Shown here: in pieces, positions 1 to 11,624 of the stretch
Position numbering within the stretch: position 1 is the stretch's first letter
Layout of the letters: each line of letters starts with the position of its first letter
NCBI GenBank assembly: GCA_947253765.1
Contig: CAMYAK010000003.1
Location: 32,371 to 96,370 of the forward strand
DNA length: 64,000 nt
Direction of reading: 5' to 3'
From: an uncultured Tissierellia bacterium
GTDB taxonomy: Bacteria > Bacillota > Clostridia > Tissierellales > Peptoniphilaceae
The notes under the pieces: generated by a model
The model's database searches: none
What the model was told of the DNA's origin: nothing
Seen by the model: the letters and a program-made list of their open reading frames with translations, nothing else
Program-made: the position numbers and the translations under genes

Positions 1-145
1 TTTCACGCAACTGCATACCGTAGTCACTTAATTTACGACGCCTTTTCTGAGGATTGCGGCGAGATTTTTTGTTAATGCCGACAACTTGAGGTTCAATCTC
101 AAGGGCGCGGCAGCGTTTTAAAATCGCTCCATTGTATCTTGACAT
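1..145 (-). CDS. rpsD: 30S ribosomal protein S4, N-terminal part (gene continues beyond the left window edge)
   Basis: Minus-strand translation from the ATG at 143-145 reads MSRYNGAILKRCRALEIEPQVVGINKKSRRNPQKRRRKLSDYGMQLRE, matching the conserved S4 N-terminus. A GGAGGG RBS lies upstream. It follows rpsK as in the alpha operon. Confidence 0.7.
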   Translation of the reverse strand, partial: MSRYNGAILKRCRALEIEPQVVGINKKSRRNPQKRRRKLSDYGMQLRE

Positions 146-157
146 TATTTCCCTCCG

Positions 158-568
158 TTAAACTCTTCTTCTCTTGGGCGGACGGCATCCGTTATGCGGA
201 ATTGGTGTCACGTCCTTGATCATGGTAACCTGAAGTCCTGCAGCTTCCAAAGCCCTTATAGCCGATTCACGGCCTGAGCCCGGTCCCTTAACATAAACTT
301 CAACGGTCTTAAGTCCCTGTTCCATAGCCTTCTTTGCAGCTTCTTCTGCGCACTGCTGAGCAGCATACGGTGTTGACTTACGTGATCCTCTAAAGCCCAA
401 CTGGCCTGCTGAAGCCCATGAAACGGCATTGCCGTTCAGGTCGGTGATTGTCACCATTGAGTTGTTGAAGGTGGAAATGATATGGGCTTGACCGGCAACA
501 ATATTCTTTTTAACTTTGCGCTTGCCGCCCCGGCGACCTGCAGCCGCTTTTTTCTTAATTTGCGCCAT
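158..568 (-). CDS. rpsK: 30S ribosomal protein S11
   Basis: The ORF-track protein has a typical S11 sequence and length (136 aa) and sits in alpha-operon order. Confidence 0.9.
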   Translation of the reverse strand: MAQIKKKAAAGRRGGKRKVKKNIVAGQAHIISTFNNSMVTITDLNGNAVSWASAGQLGFRGSRKSTPYAAQQCAEEAAKKAMEQGLKTVEVYVKGPGSGRESAIRALEAAGLQVTMIKDVTPIPHNGCRPPKRRRV

Positions 569-580
569 GCTTTTCCTCCC

Positions 581-925
581 TTACTTCTTTCTACCTTTGC
601 GGGTATGGGCGTTGTTTTTGGTGTTCTGTCCCCTTACCGGCAAATTCCTTTTGTGACGAATTCCGCGATAGCAGTTGATCTCACGAAGACGTTTGATATT
701 CAATGAAACGTCCCTTCTCAGATCTCCCTCCAAGTGATATTCGCCTATCACTTCACGGATACGCTGTACTTCTTCTTCCGTCAGGTCGCGAACACGGGTG
801 TCCGGATTGACCTGTGCATTTTGCAAAATTTCATTTGAACGTGAACGACCTATTCCGAATATATAGGTAAGTCCTATTTCAACTCTCTTATCTTTTGGTA
901 AATCAATACCTGCAATACGTGCCAA
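581..925 (-). CDS. rpsM: 30S ribosomal protein S13
   Basis: The track ORF is 581..931. The second in-frame TTG at 923-925 gives the canonical [10 protein letters not shown] start, preceded by GGGGGTG. Confidence 0.85.
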   Translation of the reverse strand: MARIAGIDLPKDKRVEIGLTYIFGIGRSRSNEILQNAQVNPDTRVRDLTEEEVQRIREVIGEYHLEGDLRRDVSLNIKRLREINCYRGIRHKRNLPVRGQNTKNNAHTRKGRKK

Positions 926-940
926 ATTCAATCACCCCCG

Positions 941-1054
941 TTATCCCTGACGCTGTTTATGCTTCGGATTTTCACAGATCACCATTACTTTGCCTTTTCT
1001 TTTGATGACCTTGCATTTATCACACATCTTTTTCACAGATGGTCTGACTTTCAT
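941..1054 (-). CDS. rpmJ: 50S ribosomal protein L36
   Basis: Not in the ORF track (under 60 aa). Manual minus-strand translation gives [37 protein letters not shown], a textbook L36. Confidence 0.85.
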   Translation of the reverse strand: MKVRPSVKKMCDKCKVIKRKGKVMVICENPKHKQRQG

Positions 1055-1063
1055 GACTGCCTC

Positions 1064-1282
1064 CTATTTCTTTCTCCAAGTGATTCTTCCTTTACTTAAG
1101 TCATATGGAGATAGCTCCACCGTGACCCTATCACCCTCCAGGATGCGAATAAAATTCATCCGCAATTTTCCTGAGATATGGGCCATAACGTCATGGCCGT
1201 TTTCCAACTCCACGATGAAAATCGCGTTAGGAAGGCGTTCTTTTACAACACCCTCTACTTCGATGACATCTTTGGATGACAT
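1064..1282 (-). CDS. infA: translation initiation factor IF-1
   Basis: 72 aa with a conserved IF-1 S1-like sequence (…[25 protein letters not shown]…). Confidence 0.9.
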   Translation of the reverse strand: MSSKDVIEVEGVVKERLPNAIFIVELENGHDVMAHISGKLRMNFIRILEGDRVTVELSPYDLSKGRITWRKK

Positions 1283-1584
1283 TCGCTTCCCTCCTTTATC
1301 TGATAGGGCTCCAATTCTTTTCTGATTTTTGCGTTTTTGACTCCAAGGTCATTTTCTTTTTCAAAATCCATGCTTATAAATTTATTGAATTTCTGTAGGT
1401 GGAGAACCCTCTTCTTTTTGGGCTTTTGAAGCTTTCTCAGTTCGCCGTCCACTATGAGAACATGCTTTCCGTCAAGCACTTCCCAAACCGTGAAGACTTG
1501 TCCCTTGTCTCTTCCGGCCTTGGACCGAACTATTTGCCCTTTTTTGAGTCCGCAATCGAACTCCAATCCTCTCTCCTGTGTCAT
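1255..1584 (-). CDS. KOW-domain RNA-binding protein (occupies the position usually held by map)
   Basis: 109 aa carrying a [22 protein letters not shown]-like motif. It overlaps infA and adk by a few nt, consistent with an operon. Confidence 0.55.
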   Translation of the reverse strand: MTQERGLEFDCGLKKGQIVRSKAGRDKGQVFTVWEVLDGKHVLIVDGELRKLQKPKKKRVLHLQKFNKFISMDFEKENDLGVKNAKIRKELEPYQIKEGSECHPKMSSK

Positions 1585-2231
1585 ATAAGCTTATCCAGGG
1601 CTTCTTTAATATCCTTAGCAACCGAGTCAACGCATTGGTCTCCTGCTATATCAATCAACTTGCCCTGATCCTTATAATATTTTATAAGCGGTGCTGTCAG
1701 CTCATCGTAGACTTTAAGTCTCTCGGCAACAGCCTTCTCGGAATCGTCCTTGCGCTGGATTAATTGGCCTCCACACTCATCGCAAACCCCCTCTTTTTTC
1801 GGAGGTGCATTTAAAACGTGGTAACCGGCCCCACAATCGGTGCAAATTCTACGCCCTGCAAGGCGTCCAACCAAGACATCACTAGGTACATTTATGCAGA
1901 CTGCAGCGTCCAGACTGATTCCGGTCTCCACCATCTTCTCATCAAATGCCTTGGCCTGAACCAAAGTTCTTGGGAAGCCGTCCAGGAGGTAGCCGTCTTT
2001 GGCATCATCCTGTCCAAGTCTGTCCCAAACCATTTCAATGGTCAGCTCGTCCGGAACAAGTCTTCCTGAATCCAGATAATCCTTGACCTTTTTTCCCAAC
2101 TCTGTCTCGTTTTTAATGTTGAATCTGAAAATATCACCGGTTGATATGTGGACCAGGCCATATTCTTTCACTAAGCGAACTGCCTGGGTTCCCTTTCCGG
2201 CCCCCGGCGGCCCCAGTAAAACCAAACGCAT
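1581..2231 (-). CDS. adk: adenylate kinase with zinc-binding LID
   Basis: GPPGAGKGTQ P-loop and CTDC…CDEC zinc-knuckle motifs; 216 aa. Confidence 0.9.
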   Translation of the reverse strand: MRLVLLGPPGAGKGTQAVRLVKEYGLVHISTGDIFRFNIKNETELGKKVKDYLDSGRLVPDELTIEMVWDRLGQDDAKDGYLLDGFPRTLVQAKAFDEKMVETGISLDAAVCINVPSDVLVGRLAGRRICTDCGAGYHVLNAPPKKEGVCDECGGQLIQRKDDSEKAVAERLKVYDELTAPLIKYYKDQGKLIDIAGDQCVDSVAKDIKEALDKLI

Positions 2232-2248
2232 AAAGACTCCTTTCCGCC

Positions 2249-3526
2249 TTAACGATTCAAGAATCCCTTATAATGACGCATCTGAAGCTTAGCTTCCAAT
2301 GTTCTTACAATTTCAAGCACAACTCCTACAACGATGATTATAGAAGTTCCTCCAAAGCCCAAGCTTACTCCGAATATTCTCTGTACGATCTGGGGGATGA
2401 TTGAAAGTATGGCCAATATTATGGCGCCGATCAAAGTAATTCTCCCGACAATCTTCTGCAAATATTCAGTGGTGGGTTTTCCGGGTCTGATTCCCGGGAT
2501 GAATCCGCCTGACTGCTGCAGGTTCCTTGAATACTCATAGGCATTGAAAGTAATCGAATTGTAAAAATAGGCAAAGAAGATTATCAGTACAACTTGTAAA
2601 ATCCCCTGGAAGATGGTTCCGGTCCAGCCGGTCGGTGTAAGGAACTTCTGAACGAAATTAGCAACTCCGCCGCCGAAGATCAGAGCCAGTGTCTGAGGCA
2701 GGGCTAAAAGAGCTGAGGCGAAGATTACCGGCAAAACTCCGGCCATATTAACCTTAATTGGAATATGGGTGGCCTGACCACCATACATCTTCCTTCCGAC
2801 AACTCTCTTGGCATACTGTACAGGTATCTTTCTTTCACCTTCATTCAAATATACAACAACTACCGTGATAGCCAGGAATACAATAACCATCAGTATTGGC
2901 AGCAGGACTGAAATACGTCCTGCAGCTGAGAGCTGGATCATACGGCTTAGAGTTCCGGGCATTCCGGCAACAATACCCATAAAGATTATGAAGGATACAC
3001 CGTTACCTATACCTTTTTCTGTGATAAGGTCACCAACCCAAACGACGAACTGGGCTCCAGCGACCATTACCAAAACAGCTATGGTTTTCTCTAAAAAGCC
3101 GCCGCTTGCGAAAGCTCTTCCGAAAATTCCCTGAACCAGGGCGAAAGCTTGCAATAATGCTAAAACCACTCCCAAATACTTGGTTATCTGTCCTATTTTC
3201 TTTCTTCCTTCTTCACCCTGCTTGGAGATTTCTTCCAAGGCCGGGATGGCGAAGGTCAAAAGCTGAATAACTATCGATGATGTAATATATGGTCCGACGC
3301 CAAGTGCGAAAACGCTTAGATTGGCAAGACCGCCGCCGCTGATCATGTTCAGGATTCCCAAGAGACTTCCCTGGGCTGAATCATAAATCATGCGGATCAG
3401 TTTAGTATTGGCAAAAGGGATTGGCAGGGTATGGCCCATCCTCAGTACGATGACCATAAGGATGGTAAAAATTATCCCTTTTTTGGTTTCATCAACCTTC
3501 CAGGCATTCTTGAGTGTGGTTAACAT
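2249..3526 (-). CDS. secY: preprotein translocase subunit SecY
   Basis: 425 aa multi-pass membrane protein with conserved SecY motifs, placed between rplO and adk. Confidence 0.9.
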   Translation of the reverse strand: MLTTLKNAWKVDETKKGIIFTILMVIVLRMGHTLPIPFANTKLIRMIYDSAQGSLLGILNMISGGGLANLSVFALGVGPYITSSIVIQLLTFAIPALEEISKQGEEGRKKIGQITKYLGVVLALLQAFALVQGIFGRAFASGGFLEKTIAVLVMVAGAQFVVWVGDLITEKGIGNGVSFIIFMGIVAGMPGTLSRMIQLSAAGRISVLLPILMVIVFLAITVVVVYLNEGERKIPVQYAKRVVGRKMYGGQATHIPIKVNMAGVLPVIFASALLALPQTLALIFGGGVANFVQKFLTPTGWTGTIFQGILQVVLIIFFAYFYNSITFNAYEYSRNLQQSGGFIPGIRPGKPTTEYLQKIVGRITLIGAIILAILSIIPQIVQRIFGVSLGFGGTSIIIVVGVVLEIVRTLEAKLQMRHYKGFLNR

Positions 3527-4029
3527 TAGACCACCTCAGCCTTTCCTCCTGCCTGCTCGATTTTTTCCTGAGCAGATTTGGTGAATTTTTCGGCCTTTAC
3601 AGTCAATTTCTTTTCCAATTCACCATTGCCCAAAATTTTTAAGCCGTCAATGAGTTCGCTCTTTTTGATCAGGCCTGCTTCTATCAAAACCTGAGCATCA
3701 ATGGTTGTTCCTTCCTCAAAAAGATTCAGGTCCATTACATTTACAGTGGCAAACTTCTTGGCAAAATTATTGGTAAAGCCGTGCTTTGGCAACCTGCGGA
3801 AAAGGGGCAGCTGACCACCCTCGAATCCGGGTCTTACGCCCCCGCCTGAACGGGAGTTCTGTCCGTCACGGCCTCTGCCGGCAAACTTTCCCCAGCCTGA
3901 TGAATGACCGCGTCCAACTCTCTTGGACTTTTTAACGGCACCGCCCTCGGCCGGTCTCAATTCATGAAGTTTCATGGACAACCTCCTATTCCACTTCTGA
4001 AAAGTCGAGCATAAAGTCAATCTTTGCAA
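3526..4029 (-). CDS. rplO: 50S ribosomal protein L15
   Basis: Gly/Arg-rich L15 sequence and operon position. Confidence 0.9.
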   Translation of the reverse strand: MQRLTLCSTFQKWNRRLSMKLHELRPAEGGAVKKSKRVGRGHSSGWGKFAGRGRDGQNSRSGGGVRPGFEGGQLPLFRRLPKHGFTNNFAKKFATVNVMDLNLFEEGTTIDAQVLIEAGLIKKSELIDGLKILGNGELEKKLTVKAEKFTKSAQEKIEQAGGKAEVV

Positions 4030-4171
4030 TTGAGCCTCTTATGGCACTATTATCTTCATGCACAACTGTCTGTCCTATTTTGTTAAGGCCCAAAGCTTTA
4101 GCGATTTTGATTTGCTTATCCGTTTTTCCGGCGAAGCTCTTCTTTAAAGTAATTTGTAATTTTCCCATCAA
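3986..4171 (-). CDS. rpmD: 50S ribosomal protein L30
   Basis: About 60 aa with L30-like sequence. The true start is probably the second Met. Confidence 0.8.
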   Translation of the reverse strand: MMGKLQITLKKSFAGKTDKQIKIAKALGLNKIGQTVVHEDNSAIRGSIAKIDFMLDFSEVE

Positions 4172-4181
4172 AGAACCTCCT

Positions 4182-4685
4182 TTAGTTCAAAATCTCTTCT
4201 ACGCTTTTACCACGCAGCTTGGCCAGCTGTTCTGCCGTTTTCATCTTAGTCAGTCCGGCAAGAGTTGCATTTACAATGCTTCCTGCATTTGAGGATCCTA
4301 AAGACTTGGCACGAATATCGGTAATTCCGGCAAGCTCGCAGACGGCACGAACGGGGCCGCCGGCAATTATTCCGGTACCTTCTTTTGCAGGCATGAGAAG
4401 GACCCTTCCGGCTCCGTCCCTTCCTACAATTTCATGAGGAATGGTTGTTCCGACTACAGGAACTTTTACCATGTTCTTCTTAGCCTTGTCCGATCCTTTT
4501 CTTATAGCCTCAGGAATTTCCAAAGACTTTCCGGATCCAACTCCTACATTTCCCTTGCCGTCACCCACAACAACCAGGGCTGTGAAACGACCGGTACGAC
4601 CGCCCTTCGCTGTCTTGGAGACACGGTTGATGTAAACGACTTTTTCCTCAAGCTCTGATTTCTGCTTGCGGTTATCTCTTTTCAT
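4182..4685 (-). CDS. rpsE: 30S ribosomal protein S5
   Basis: Conserved S5 sequence and position. Confidence 0.9.
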   Translation of the reverse strand: MKRDNRKQKSELEEKVVYINRVSKTAKGGRTGRFTALVVVGDGKGNVGVGSGKSLEIPEAIRKGSDKAKKNMVKVPVVGTTIPHEIVGRDGAGRVLLMPAKEGTGIIAGGPVRAVCELAGITDIRAKSLGSSNAGSIVNATLAGLTKMKTAEQLAKLRGKSVEEILN

Positions 4686-4702
4686 TATGCACTCCTCCCC
4701 AA

Positions 4703-5059
4703 TTACAGCTTCAAGCCTTCTTCACGGGCTGCATCGGCCAAAGCCTTTACCTTGCCGTGATAAATATAGCCTGAACGGTCAAAAACAACATTATCAATGC
4801 CCTTGGCCAAAGCTCTTTTAGCGACCAAGGCTCCTACAGCCTTGGCAGCCTCAACATTTGAGCCCTGAGCATTGCATTCTTTATCCAAAGTCGAAGCGGA
4901 AGCCAGTGTCTTGCCCTCAACATCGTCAATGATCTGAGCATATATGTTCATATTGCTCTTATATACATTGAGACGGGGCCTCTCAGGCGTTCCGGCAATT
5001 TTCCTGCGAACGCGCGCATGACGAATCTTGCGACTCCGGTTCTTATCAAATATAGCCAT
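4703..5059 (-). CDS. rplR: 50S ribosomal protein L18
   Basis: Conserved L18 sequence and position. Confidence 0.9.
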   Translation of the reverse strand: MAIFDKNRSRKIRHARVRRKIAGTPERPRLNVYKSNMNIYAQIIDDVEGKTLASASTLDKECNAQGSNVEAAKAVGALVAKRALAKGIDNVVFDRSGYIYHGKVKALADAAREEGLKL

Positions 5060-5070
5060 TAACGCCCTCC

Positions 5071-5610
5071 TTACTTACCTGTCTTACCTTCTTTGCGACG
5101 GATATGTTCATCTTCATAACGTACACCCTTTCCTTTATAAGGCTCGGGGAGACGGGTCTTACGAATATTCGCCGCAACGCTTCCAACCTTTTGTTTATCT
5201 ATACCGCTTACAATAATAGTGAGGTTATCCGGAACTTCGATGCCTATTCCGTCTACCTCAGGTATTGTAATCTGGTGAGAATATCCCAGGTTCAAAACAA
5301 GATTTTTACCCTGTTTCTGAGCCCTGTATCCTGAACCGGTGATCAGAAGCTTTTTGCTGTATCCGTTTGAGACACCCTCTACCATATTTGATATCAATGT
5401 ACGGTAGAGACCGTGAAGAGACCTGACCTCTTTTGTCTCATCGGGTCTAACAAGAGTCAAGACGCCGTCTTCGACCTTTATAGTGAAGCGCTTGTCAATC
5501 TGCTGTTCAAGCTCTCCCTTAGGTCCTTTGGCCTTGACCAGATTGTCTTTTCCGACTGAAATCTCTACGTTTGATGGGATTTCAATCGGTTTTTTACCAA
5601 CTCTCGACAT
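5071..5610 (-). CDS. rplF: 50S ribosomal protein L6
   Basis: Conserved L6 sequence and position. Confidence 0.9.
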   Translation of the reverse strand: MSRVGKKPIEIPSNVEISVGKDNLVKAKGPKGELEQQIDKRFTIKVEDGVLTLVRPDETKEVRSLHGLYRTLISNMVEGVSNGYSKKLLITGSGYRAQKQGKNLVLNLGYSHQITIPEVDGIGIEVPDNLTIIVSGIDKQKVGSVAANIRKTRLPEPYKGKGVRYEDEHIRRKEGKTGK

Positions 5611-5623
5611 TATTCCCTCCTTA

Positions 5624-6016
5624 TTACCAAACGTAGCAAATTACTTCGCCGCCAACATTCTCTTTTGCAGCTTCTTTGCCTGTCATGATTCCTTTCGAAG
5701 TGGACATGATAGCTGTTCCCAATCCGCCGAGAACGCGGGGAATTTCATTGGCACGAACATAAACTCTGCGGCCCGGTTTGGAAATTCTTCTCAATCCTGA
5801 GATTGTCCTCTCCTCATCCACATATTTAAGTTCTATGTTGATCATTCCCTGTTTATTATCATCTATAACTTCGAAACTCTTTATATAGCCCTCATCCAAT
5901 AAAATTTGAGCGAGGCTTTTCTTCATCTGTGAAGCAGGAACCTGAACAGATTCATGCTTTTTCATATTGCCGTTGCGAATGCGTGTAAGCATATCCGCGA
6001 TCGGATCTGTCATCAT
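5624..6016 (-). CDS. rpsH: 30S ribosomal protein S8
   Basis: Conserved S8 sequence and position. Confidence 0.9.
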   Translation of the reverse strand: MMTDPIADMLTRIRNGNMKKHESVQVPASQMKKSLAQILLDEGYIKSFEVIDDNKQGMINIELKYVDEERTISGLRRISKPGRRVYVRANEIPRVLGGLGTAIMSTSKGIMTGKEAAKENVGGEVICYVW

Positions 6017-6036
6017 ATCGCTTCCTCCTCCTCAAA

Positions 6037-6222
6037 TTACCAACTGGCCTTTTTTACGCCCGGGATTTGGCCCTTATAAGCCAATTCACGGAAGCAAATC
6101 CTGCAAACGCCATACTTACGAAGGACTGAATGAGGACGACCGCAAATGCTGCAACGTGTATATTCACGCGTTGAGAACTTGGCTTTTCTGGCCTGTTTAG
6201 CTCTCATTGATTTTTTAGCCAT
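6037..6222 (-). CDS. rpsZ: 30S ribosomal protein S14, type Z (zinc-binding short form)
   Basis: 61 aa with a CxxC…CxxC zinc ribbon, between rplE and rpsH. Confidence 0.85.
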   Translation of the reverse strand: MAKKSMRAKQARKAKFSTREYTRCSICGRPHSVLRKYGVCRICFRELAYKGQIPGVKKASW

Positions 6223-6777
6223 TTAGTCCTCCTGTCTCTTTTTGAAAGGCATTCCCATATGTTCCAAAAACGCCTTAGCTTCTTCATCGGTTTCCGCACT
6301 GGTTACTATTATGATGTCCATTCCCCTGATCTCATCAACATCGTCGTAGTTGATCTCAGGGAAGATGAGCTGTTCCTTGATTCCCATAGAATAGTTTCCA
6401 CGTCCATCAAAAGATGTGTCGGAAACTCCTCTGAAGTCACGGACCCTGGGAAGGGCTATATTAACCAGCTTATCAAAGAAATAGTACATGCGATCGTGGC
6501 GAAGGGTGACCTTTGTTGCTATTGGCATACCCTCACGAAGCTTGAAGTTGGCGACTGACTTTTTAGCCTTTATAGTTACCGGCTTCTGACCGGCAATTAT
6601 TGTCAACTCTCTTATAGCATCTTCGAGGAGCTTGGGATTTTCCTTTGCCCCGCCTACCGCAATATTAATTACTATTTTTTCGAGTTTAGGAACCTGCATT
6701 ATGTTGTCATAATTGAATTCCTTCATAAGAGCAGGCACTACCTCGTTTTTGTATCTCTCAACATATCTTGAAGCCAT
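6223..6777 (-). CDS. rplE: 50S ribosomal protein L5
   Basis: Conserved L5 sequence and position. Confidence 0.9.
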   Translation of the reverse strand: MASRYVERYKNEVVPALMKEFNYDNIMQVPKLEKIVINIAVGGAKENPKLLEDAIRELTIIAGQKPVTIKAKKSVANFKLREGMPIATKVTLRHDRMYYFFDKLVNIALPRVRDFRGVSDTSFDGRGNYSMGIKEQLIFPEINYDDVDEIRGMDIIIVTSAETDEEAKAFLEHMGMPFKKRQED

Positions 6778-6788
6778 TGCTTGCCCCC

Positions 6789-7100
6789 TTACTTATCAAA
6801 GACGGTGTCTGACTTGGTGGAGACTCTGACTTTTTTGCCATTCTTGATCTCCATCCTTGTACGAACACCCTTCTTTACTTTTTCATCATAGAGAAGGACA
6901 TTGGAAGCATTTATCCTGCCTTCACTCTCAACAATGCCTCCCGGCTCATTAGCTCCCCTCGGTTTCTTGTGGTGCTTCTGAACGTTGACTTTCTCAACGA
7001 TTACGCGATTTTCCTTGGGGAAGGCCTGGAGGATTTTGCCAATTTTTCCTTTGTCTTTACCAGTCATCACCTGGACGGTGTCTCCGGTTTTTACGTGCAT
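6789..7100 (-). CDS. rplX: 50S ribosomal protein L24
   Basis: KOW-containing L24 sequence and position. Confidence 0.9.
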   Translation of the reverse strand: MHVKTGDTVQVMTGKDKGKIGKILQAFPKENRVIVEKVNVQKHHKKPRGANEPGGIVESEGRINASNVLLYDEKVKKGVRTRMEIKNGKKVRVSTKSDTVFDK

Positions 7101-7110
7101 AGCGTCCTCC

Positions 7111-7479
7111 TTATAAAACTTCAGGAGCCAGAGATATTATCTTCATATATCCTTTTGCCCTGAGTTCCCTTGTTACCGGCCCGAAAATACGTGTTCCCAC
7201 CGGGTTCTTATCTTCTTTTACAATAACAGCCGCATTGTCATCGAATGAAATCTTGCTTCCGTCTTCTCTTGCCAAGGGAGCAACTGTTCTTACAATAACA
7301 GCCGTAACAACATCACCTTTTTTTACGTTTCCACCCGGTATTGCCTGCTTGACTGAGCAGCGAACCGTGTCTGCAATTCCTGCATATTTACGTCTGGTAG
7401 ATCCGCTGACATGGATGACCAGGAGTTCACGTGCTCCTGAGTTGTCAGCGACCTTCAAACGACTTTCTTTCTGAATCAT
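7111..7479 (-). CDS. rplN: 50S ribosomal protein L14
   Basis: Conserved L14 sequence and position. Confidence 0.9.
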   Translation of the reverse strand: MIQKESRLKVADNSGARELLVIHVSGSTRRKYAGIADTVRCSVKQAIPGGNVKKGDVVTAVIVRTVAPLAREDGSKISFDDNAAVIVKEDKNPVGTRIFGPVTRELRAKGYMKIISLAPEVL

Positions 7480-7496
7480 AGCATCCTCCCTTTAAA

Positions 7497-7754
7497 TTAC
7501 ATCGCATGTTCAAGGATGGTGACCAAGCGATATCTCTTATCTTTCGAGAGAGGTCTGGTTTCCATTAAGCGTACTCGATCGCCCGGCTTGGCTTCATTGT
7601 TCTCATCATGAGCCTTGACCCGAATGCTCTTTTTAAGCATCTTCTTATATACCGGATGCTTGACCATTCTGGAAACTTCAACAACGATGGTCTTGTCCAT
7701 CTTGTCCGAGACCACGACTCCGCTTACCGTTCTGCGATTTGTAGTTCTCTCCAT
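7497..7754 (-). CDS. rpsQ: 30S ribosomal protein S17
   Basis: Conserved S17 sequence and position. Confidence 0.9.
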   Translation of the reverse strand: MERTTNRRTVSGVVVSDKMDKTIVVEVSRMVKHPVYKKMLKKSIRVKAHDENNEAKPGDRVRLMETRPLSKDKRYRLVTILEHAM

Positions 7755-7758
7755 TTGG

Positions 7759-7965
7759 TTAAGCTTCCTTTCTCATTTTTAACTGGCGTTCACGCTGTAC
7801 AGTGCGAACCCTTGCTATATCCTGCTTTACCGTACCGATTGAGTTAAAATTCTCCAGCTGACCGGTTGCATCCTGAAAGCGAAGATTGAAGAGCTCTTCT
7901 TTGAGATCATTCAGTTTTTTAACCAGGTCTTGATCGGTCATATTACGAATCTCTGTCGCTTTCAT
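7759..7965 (-). CDS. rpmC: 50S ribosomal protein L29
   Basis: 68 aa helical L29-like protein at the expected position. Confidence 0.85.
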   Translation of the reverse strand: MKATEIRNMTDQDLVKKLNDLKEELFNLRFQDATGQLENFNSIGTVKQDIARVRTVQRERQLKMRKEA

Positions 7966-8396
7966 TACGATTCACCTTCCTGTTCCACAATATCCGACAT
8001 CACAACTTTCGTTTTGATGGGAAGTTTAGCTGCCGCAAGCCTCATAGCTCTGCGGGCTACATCCGGCGCTACGCCTGACATTTCAAATAGGATTCTTCCG
8101 GGTTTTACGACTGCTACCCAATACTCGGGAGCACCTTTACCGGAACCCATACGTACTTCTGCCGGCTTCTTTGATACCGGCTTGTCCGGAAATACTTTTA
8201 TCCAAACATTACCGCCACGCTTGATATAACGTGTCATGGCACGACGGGCAGCTTCTATCTGGTTTGCTGTCATCCAGCAGGGTTCCAGAGCCTGCAGACC
8301 GTAATCACCATATGACAAAGTGTTACCGCGATGGGCCATGCCCTTCATTCTACCGCGGTGGACACGACGGCGTTTTACTCTTTTTGGCATTAACAT
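7965..8396 (-). CDS. rplP: 50S ribosomal protein L16
   Basis: Conserved L16 sequence and position. Confidence 0.9.
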   Translation of the reverse strand: MLMPKRVKRRRVHRGRMKGMAHRGNTLSYGDYGLQALEPCWMTANQIEAARRAMTRYIKRGGNVWIKVFPDKPVSKKPAEVRMGSGKGAPEYWVAVVKPGRILFEMSGVAPDVARRAMRLAAAKLPIKTKVVMSDIVEQEGES

Positions 8397-8417
8397 TTCA
8401 TATCCTCCTTCCGCGGC

Positions 8418-9185
8418 TTAGCGACCGTCCCTATTCGGACGGTCGTCGCGATTGCTGCGGCGTGGGTTCGTTTTTCCGTCAGCCCTCCTGTTGCGGTTCT
8501 GGCGACGATTTGGACGACGCTGCGGCTGTGGCTTGGGCATTTCTGCTTCCTTCATTCCCGGAAGAACTTCTCCCAAGTAGATCCAAACCTTGACTCCGAT
8601 TGCTCCGTATGTTGTATCGGCAGTTGCAACGCCATATCTTATATCGGCACGCAGGGTCTGCAGCGGGATAGTTCCCTCTGAGTAGTGCTCGGTACGGGCC
8701 ATATCTGCTCCGCCCAAACGTCCTGCGCATGAGGTTTTAATTCCCTTCGCGCCTGCACGCAGGGTTCTCTGAATAGCCTGCTTCATAGCGCGGCGGAAGG
8801 AAACCCTGTTCTCAAGATCTTCGGCAATTTTTTCTGCAACCAACTGGGCATCAATGTCCGGATTCTTGATCTCTTCAACATTTATAAGCACGGTTTTTCC
8901 GTACTTCTTTTCCATATCTTTTCTGAGCTGGTCAACTGCTGTGCCACCCTTGCCGATAACAACGCCCGGCTTGGCTGTTTTAACAGTGACTCTTACTCTT
9001 CCCATTGTTCTTTCGATATCAATGTCGGAGATAGCCGCTTCATTCAATTTTTTCTTTAAATCCAAGCGGATTTCATTATCTTCTTTAAGCAAAGAGGCGA
9101 AATCAGCTTTGTCGGCAAACCAATTGGAATCCCAGTCTTTGATGACGCCGACGCGCAGCCCCTTCGGATTAACCTTTTGACCCAT
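8418..9185 (-). CDS. rpsC: 30S ribosomal protein S3 with Arg/Asn/Asp-rich C-terminal tail
   Basis: The track ORF runs to 9284, but the conserved start [13 protein letters not shown] begins at 9185, overlapping the rplV stop by 1 nt. The C-terminal ~45 aa form a low-complexity basic extension. Confidence 0.85.
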   Translation of the reverse strand: MGQKVNPKGLRVGVIKDWDSNWFADKADFASLLKEDNEIRLDLKKKLNEAAISDIDIERTMGRVRVTVKTAKPGVVIGKGGTAVDQLRKDMEKKYGKTVLINVEEIKNPDIDAQLVAEKIAEDLENRVSFRRAMKQAIQRTLRAGAKGIKTSCAGRLGGADMARTEHYSEGTIPLQTLRADIRYGVATADTTYGAIGVKVWIYLGEVLPGMKEAEMPKPQPQRRPNRRQNRNRRADGKTNPRRSNRDDRPNRDGR

Positions 9186-9535
9186 TAGCGATCTTCCTCC
9201 TCTTCCTTCTCTGCAATAACTACACCTATATGTGATGTCCGCTTCAAAATCGGATAGGCGGCACCTTTTGCTTTGGGGTGCCAACGTTTCATGGTCGGGC
9301 CGTCATTTGCCCAGGCCCTCGTCACAAACAACTCCTGGCGGTCAAGGCTGAGATTGTTCTCTGCATTGGCAATGGCCGATTTTAAAACGTCGGCTAAAAG
9401 CTCAGCGCCTTTTTTAGGAGTAAAGCGAAGGAAAGTTAATGCTTCATCAACCTGTTTCCCACGAATCTCTTTACAAATATAGTTAACCTTGCGAGGAGAG
9501 ATACGAACATATTTTGCTTCTGCTCTTGCTTCCAT
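9185..9535 (-). CDS. rplV: 50S ribosomal protein L22
   Basis: Conserved L22 sequence and position. Confidence 0.9.
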   Translation of the reverse strand: MEARAEAKYVRISPRKVNYICKEIRGKQVDEALTFLRFTPKKGAELLADVLKSAIANAENNLSLDRQELFVTRAWANDGPTMKRWHPKAKGAAYPILKRTSHIGVVIAEKEEEEDR

Positions 9536-9546
9536 TATCTTCCTCC

Positions 9547-9834
9547 TTACCTTCCGGCCTTGGCACCGGCATCGTTCTTCTTTGCGTGACCCCTAAATGT
9601 ACGGGTCGGCACGAACTCTCCCAGCTTATGGCCTACCATGTCCTCAGTAACATAGATTGGGACATGTTTACGTCCATCATGAACAGCTAGTGTGTGGCCC
9701 ACAAATTCAGGAAAGATAGTCGAACGGCGGGACCAGGTTTTAATAACTTGCTTTTTATTGCTCTTGTTGAGTTCATCAACTTTTTTCATCAGATGGTCAT
9801 CAACAAAGGGCCCTTTTTTCAGCGATCTGCTCAT
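9547..9834 (-). CDS. rpsS: 30S ribosomal protein S19
   Basis: Conserved S19 sequence and position. Confidence 0.9.
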   Translation of the reverse strand: MSRSLKKGPFVDDHLMKKVDELNKSNKKQVIKTWSRRSTIFPEFVGHTLAVHDGRKHVPIYVTEDMVGHKLGEFVPTRTFRGHAKKNDAGAKAGR

Positions 9835-9847
9835 TTCACCCTCCTAA

Positions 9848-10678
9848 CTATTTCTTTCTCCTGCGAACTATGAACTTGTTCGAGGCCTTCTTGCGACTTC
9901 TAGTCTTAACACCGCGGCTCTTCTTGCCCCAAGGTGTCATTGGCTGCGGACGTCCTACCGGAGCCCTGCCCTCACCACCACCGTGCGGATGGTCTACCGG
10001 GTTCATGGCTGAACCGCGTACATGTGGCTTTCTGCCAAGGTAGCGCTTCTTACCGGCCTTACCAAGCCTGGTCAAGCTGTTGTCCATATTTCCTACCTGG
10101 CCAATTGTAGCCTTGCATTCCAGCGGCACTAAGCGGTGCTCGCCTGAAGGAAGGCGGATCTGAGCATATTTTCCTTCTTTTGCCATCAGCTGGGCCAATG
10201 AGCCTGCTGAACGGACCATCTGGCCGCCTTTTCCGGGATGGAGCTCAATATTATGAATATTGGTTCCTACGGGGATGGCACTTAATGGAAGGCAGTTGCC
10301 CACCTGAATATCTACATGATCGCCCGACTCGATGTGGTCTCCGACTTTCAAGTCTCTCGGAGCGATGATGTAGCGTTTTTCTCCGTCGACATAATAGAGA
10401 AGGGCTATGTTTGCAGACCTGTTAGGATCATACTCAATGGAGGCTACCTTTGCGGGTATGCCTTCCTTGCCCCTCTTGAAGTCTATAATGCGGTAATGGC
10501 GTTTGTTTCCGCCGCCGCGAAATCTCAAAGTAATCCTACCGCCATTGTTACGGCCGCCGGTGCTCTTTAAAGGAGCTATCAATGACTTTTCCGGAGTTGA
10601 TTTGCTGATCTCCTCGAAAGTTGATACTCTTTTTACTCTCTGACCGGCTGTGGTCGGTTTATATTTTCTGATACCCAT
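9848..10678 (-). CDS. rplB: 50S ribosomal protein L2
   Basis: 276 aa conserved L2 sequence. Confidence 0.9.
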   Translation of the reverse strand: MGIRKYKPTTAGQRVKRVSTFEEISKSTPEKSLIAPLKSTGGRNNGGRITLRFRGGGNKRHYRIIDFKRGKEGIPAKVASIEYDPNRSANIALLYYVDGEKRYIIAPRDLKVGDHIESGDHVDIQVGNCLPLSAIPVGTNIHNIELHPGKGGQMVRSAGSLAQLMAKEGKYAQIRLPSGEHRLVPLECKATIGQVGNMDNSLTRLGKAGKKRYLGRKPHVRGSAMNPVDHPHGGGEGRAPVGRPQPMTPWGKKSRGVKTRSRKKASNKFIVRRRKK

Positions 10679-10696
10679 GACTACCTCTCGTTTCCA

Positions 10697-10990
10697 TTAC
10701 ATTCCATCGAAGAACTCTATGGTCTTCGAATCAGCTGTTAGGGTAACAATGGCCTTTTTCCAGTCCGGGTCTTTTTTATACATGTAACCGGCTCTTCTCA
10801 TCTTTCCCTTCATGTTGATGGTATTGACTGAAGCAACCTTTACTCCCTCAAATGCTGTTTCAACAGCCTTGCGGATCTCGGACTTGTTGGCTCTCTTGTC
10901 TACACGGAAAGTGTATTTATGTTGGCTCAAATCGCTCATTGATTTTTCCGTTATTACCGGAGCGATTATGATATCGTATGGAGATTTCAT
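10697..10990 (-). CDS. rplW: 50S ribosomal protein L23
   Basis: Conserved L23 sequence and position. Confidence 0.9.
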   Translation of the reverse strand: MKSPYDIIIAPVITEKSMSDLSQHKYTFRVDKRANKSEIRKAVETAFEGVKVASVNTINMKGKMRRAGYMYKKDPDWKKAIVTLTADSKTIEFFDGM

Positions 10991-11619
10991 ACCAGGAACA
11001 CCTCCTCAGCTCTTTTTACCGCTTCTTCCGTCATGATCAAGCTGTCAAAGCGAAGCAGATCATACACGTTCATGTTTTCTATCGGGCTTGTGTGTGCGTC
11101 TTCCAAGTTCTTGAATGAGCGATAAACTTTTTCGTCTACCTTGTCAAGAACCAGAAGAGCCTTTTTATCAGCGTTTACGGCCTTCAAAACTTCTTTTGCA
11201 GCCTTTGTGCTGAATGAGTCAAGCTCAAGCTTATCAAGCACGATAATCTTGCCATCCCTGGCTTTTGAAGTAAGTACCGACTTCATGGCCAAGCGACGTA
11301 TTCTCTTCGGGGTTGTGTATGAATAGTCTCTGGGTTTAACGGCAAAAACCTGTCCGCCGCCTCTCCACTGTGGAGCTGTTCTTGATCCCTGACGGGCACG
11401 GCCTGTTCCCTTTTGTCTGTAGGGCTTTCTTCCGCCCCCTCTTACTTCGCCGCGTGTCTTGGCTGATTGGGTACCCTGACGATGGTTGGCACGGATGTTT
11501 TTTACAACTGTATATACAGCATGTTCATTAACTTCTGCATCAAACAGGTCATTTGATAATTCCAGCTCGCCGACAACTTGGCCGCTTTGATTCAATATAT
11601 TAATCTTTGGCATTGTCAT
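10987..11619 (-). CDS. rplD: 50S ribosomal protein L4
   Basis: Conserved L4 sequence and position. Confidence 0.9.
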   Translation of the reverse strand: MTMPKINILNQSGQVVGELELSNDLFDAEVNEHAVYTVVKNIRANHRQGTQSAKTRGEVRGGGRKPYRQKGTGRARQGSRTAPQWRGGGQVFAVKPRDYSYTTPKRIRRLAMKSVLTSKARDGKIIVLDKLELDSFSTKAAKEVLKAVNADKKALLVLDKVDEKVYRSFKNLEDAHTSPIENMNVYDLLRFDSLIMTEEAVKRAEEVFLV

Positions 11620-11624
11620 CCTCC

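Noticed and set aside
990-1325. 111-aa plus-strand ORF
   Set aside because: It lies antisense across rpmJ and infA and has low-complexity composition. The true genes, with recognisable products, are on the minus strand.
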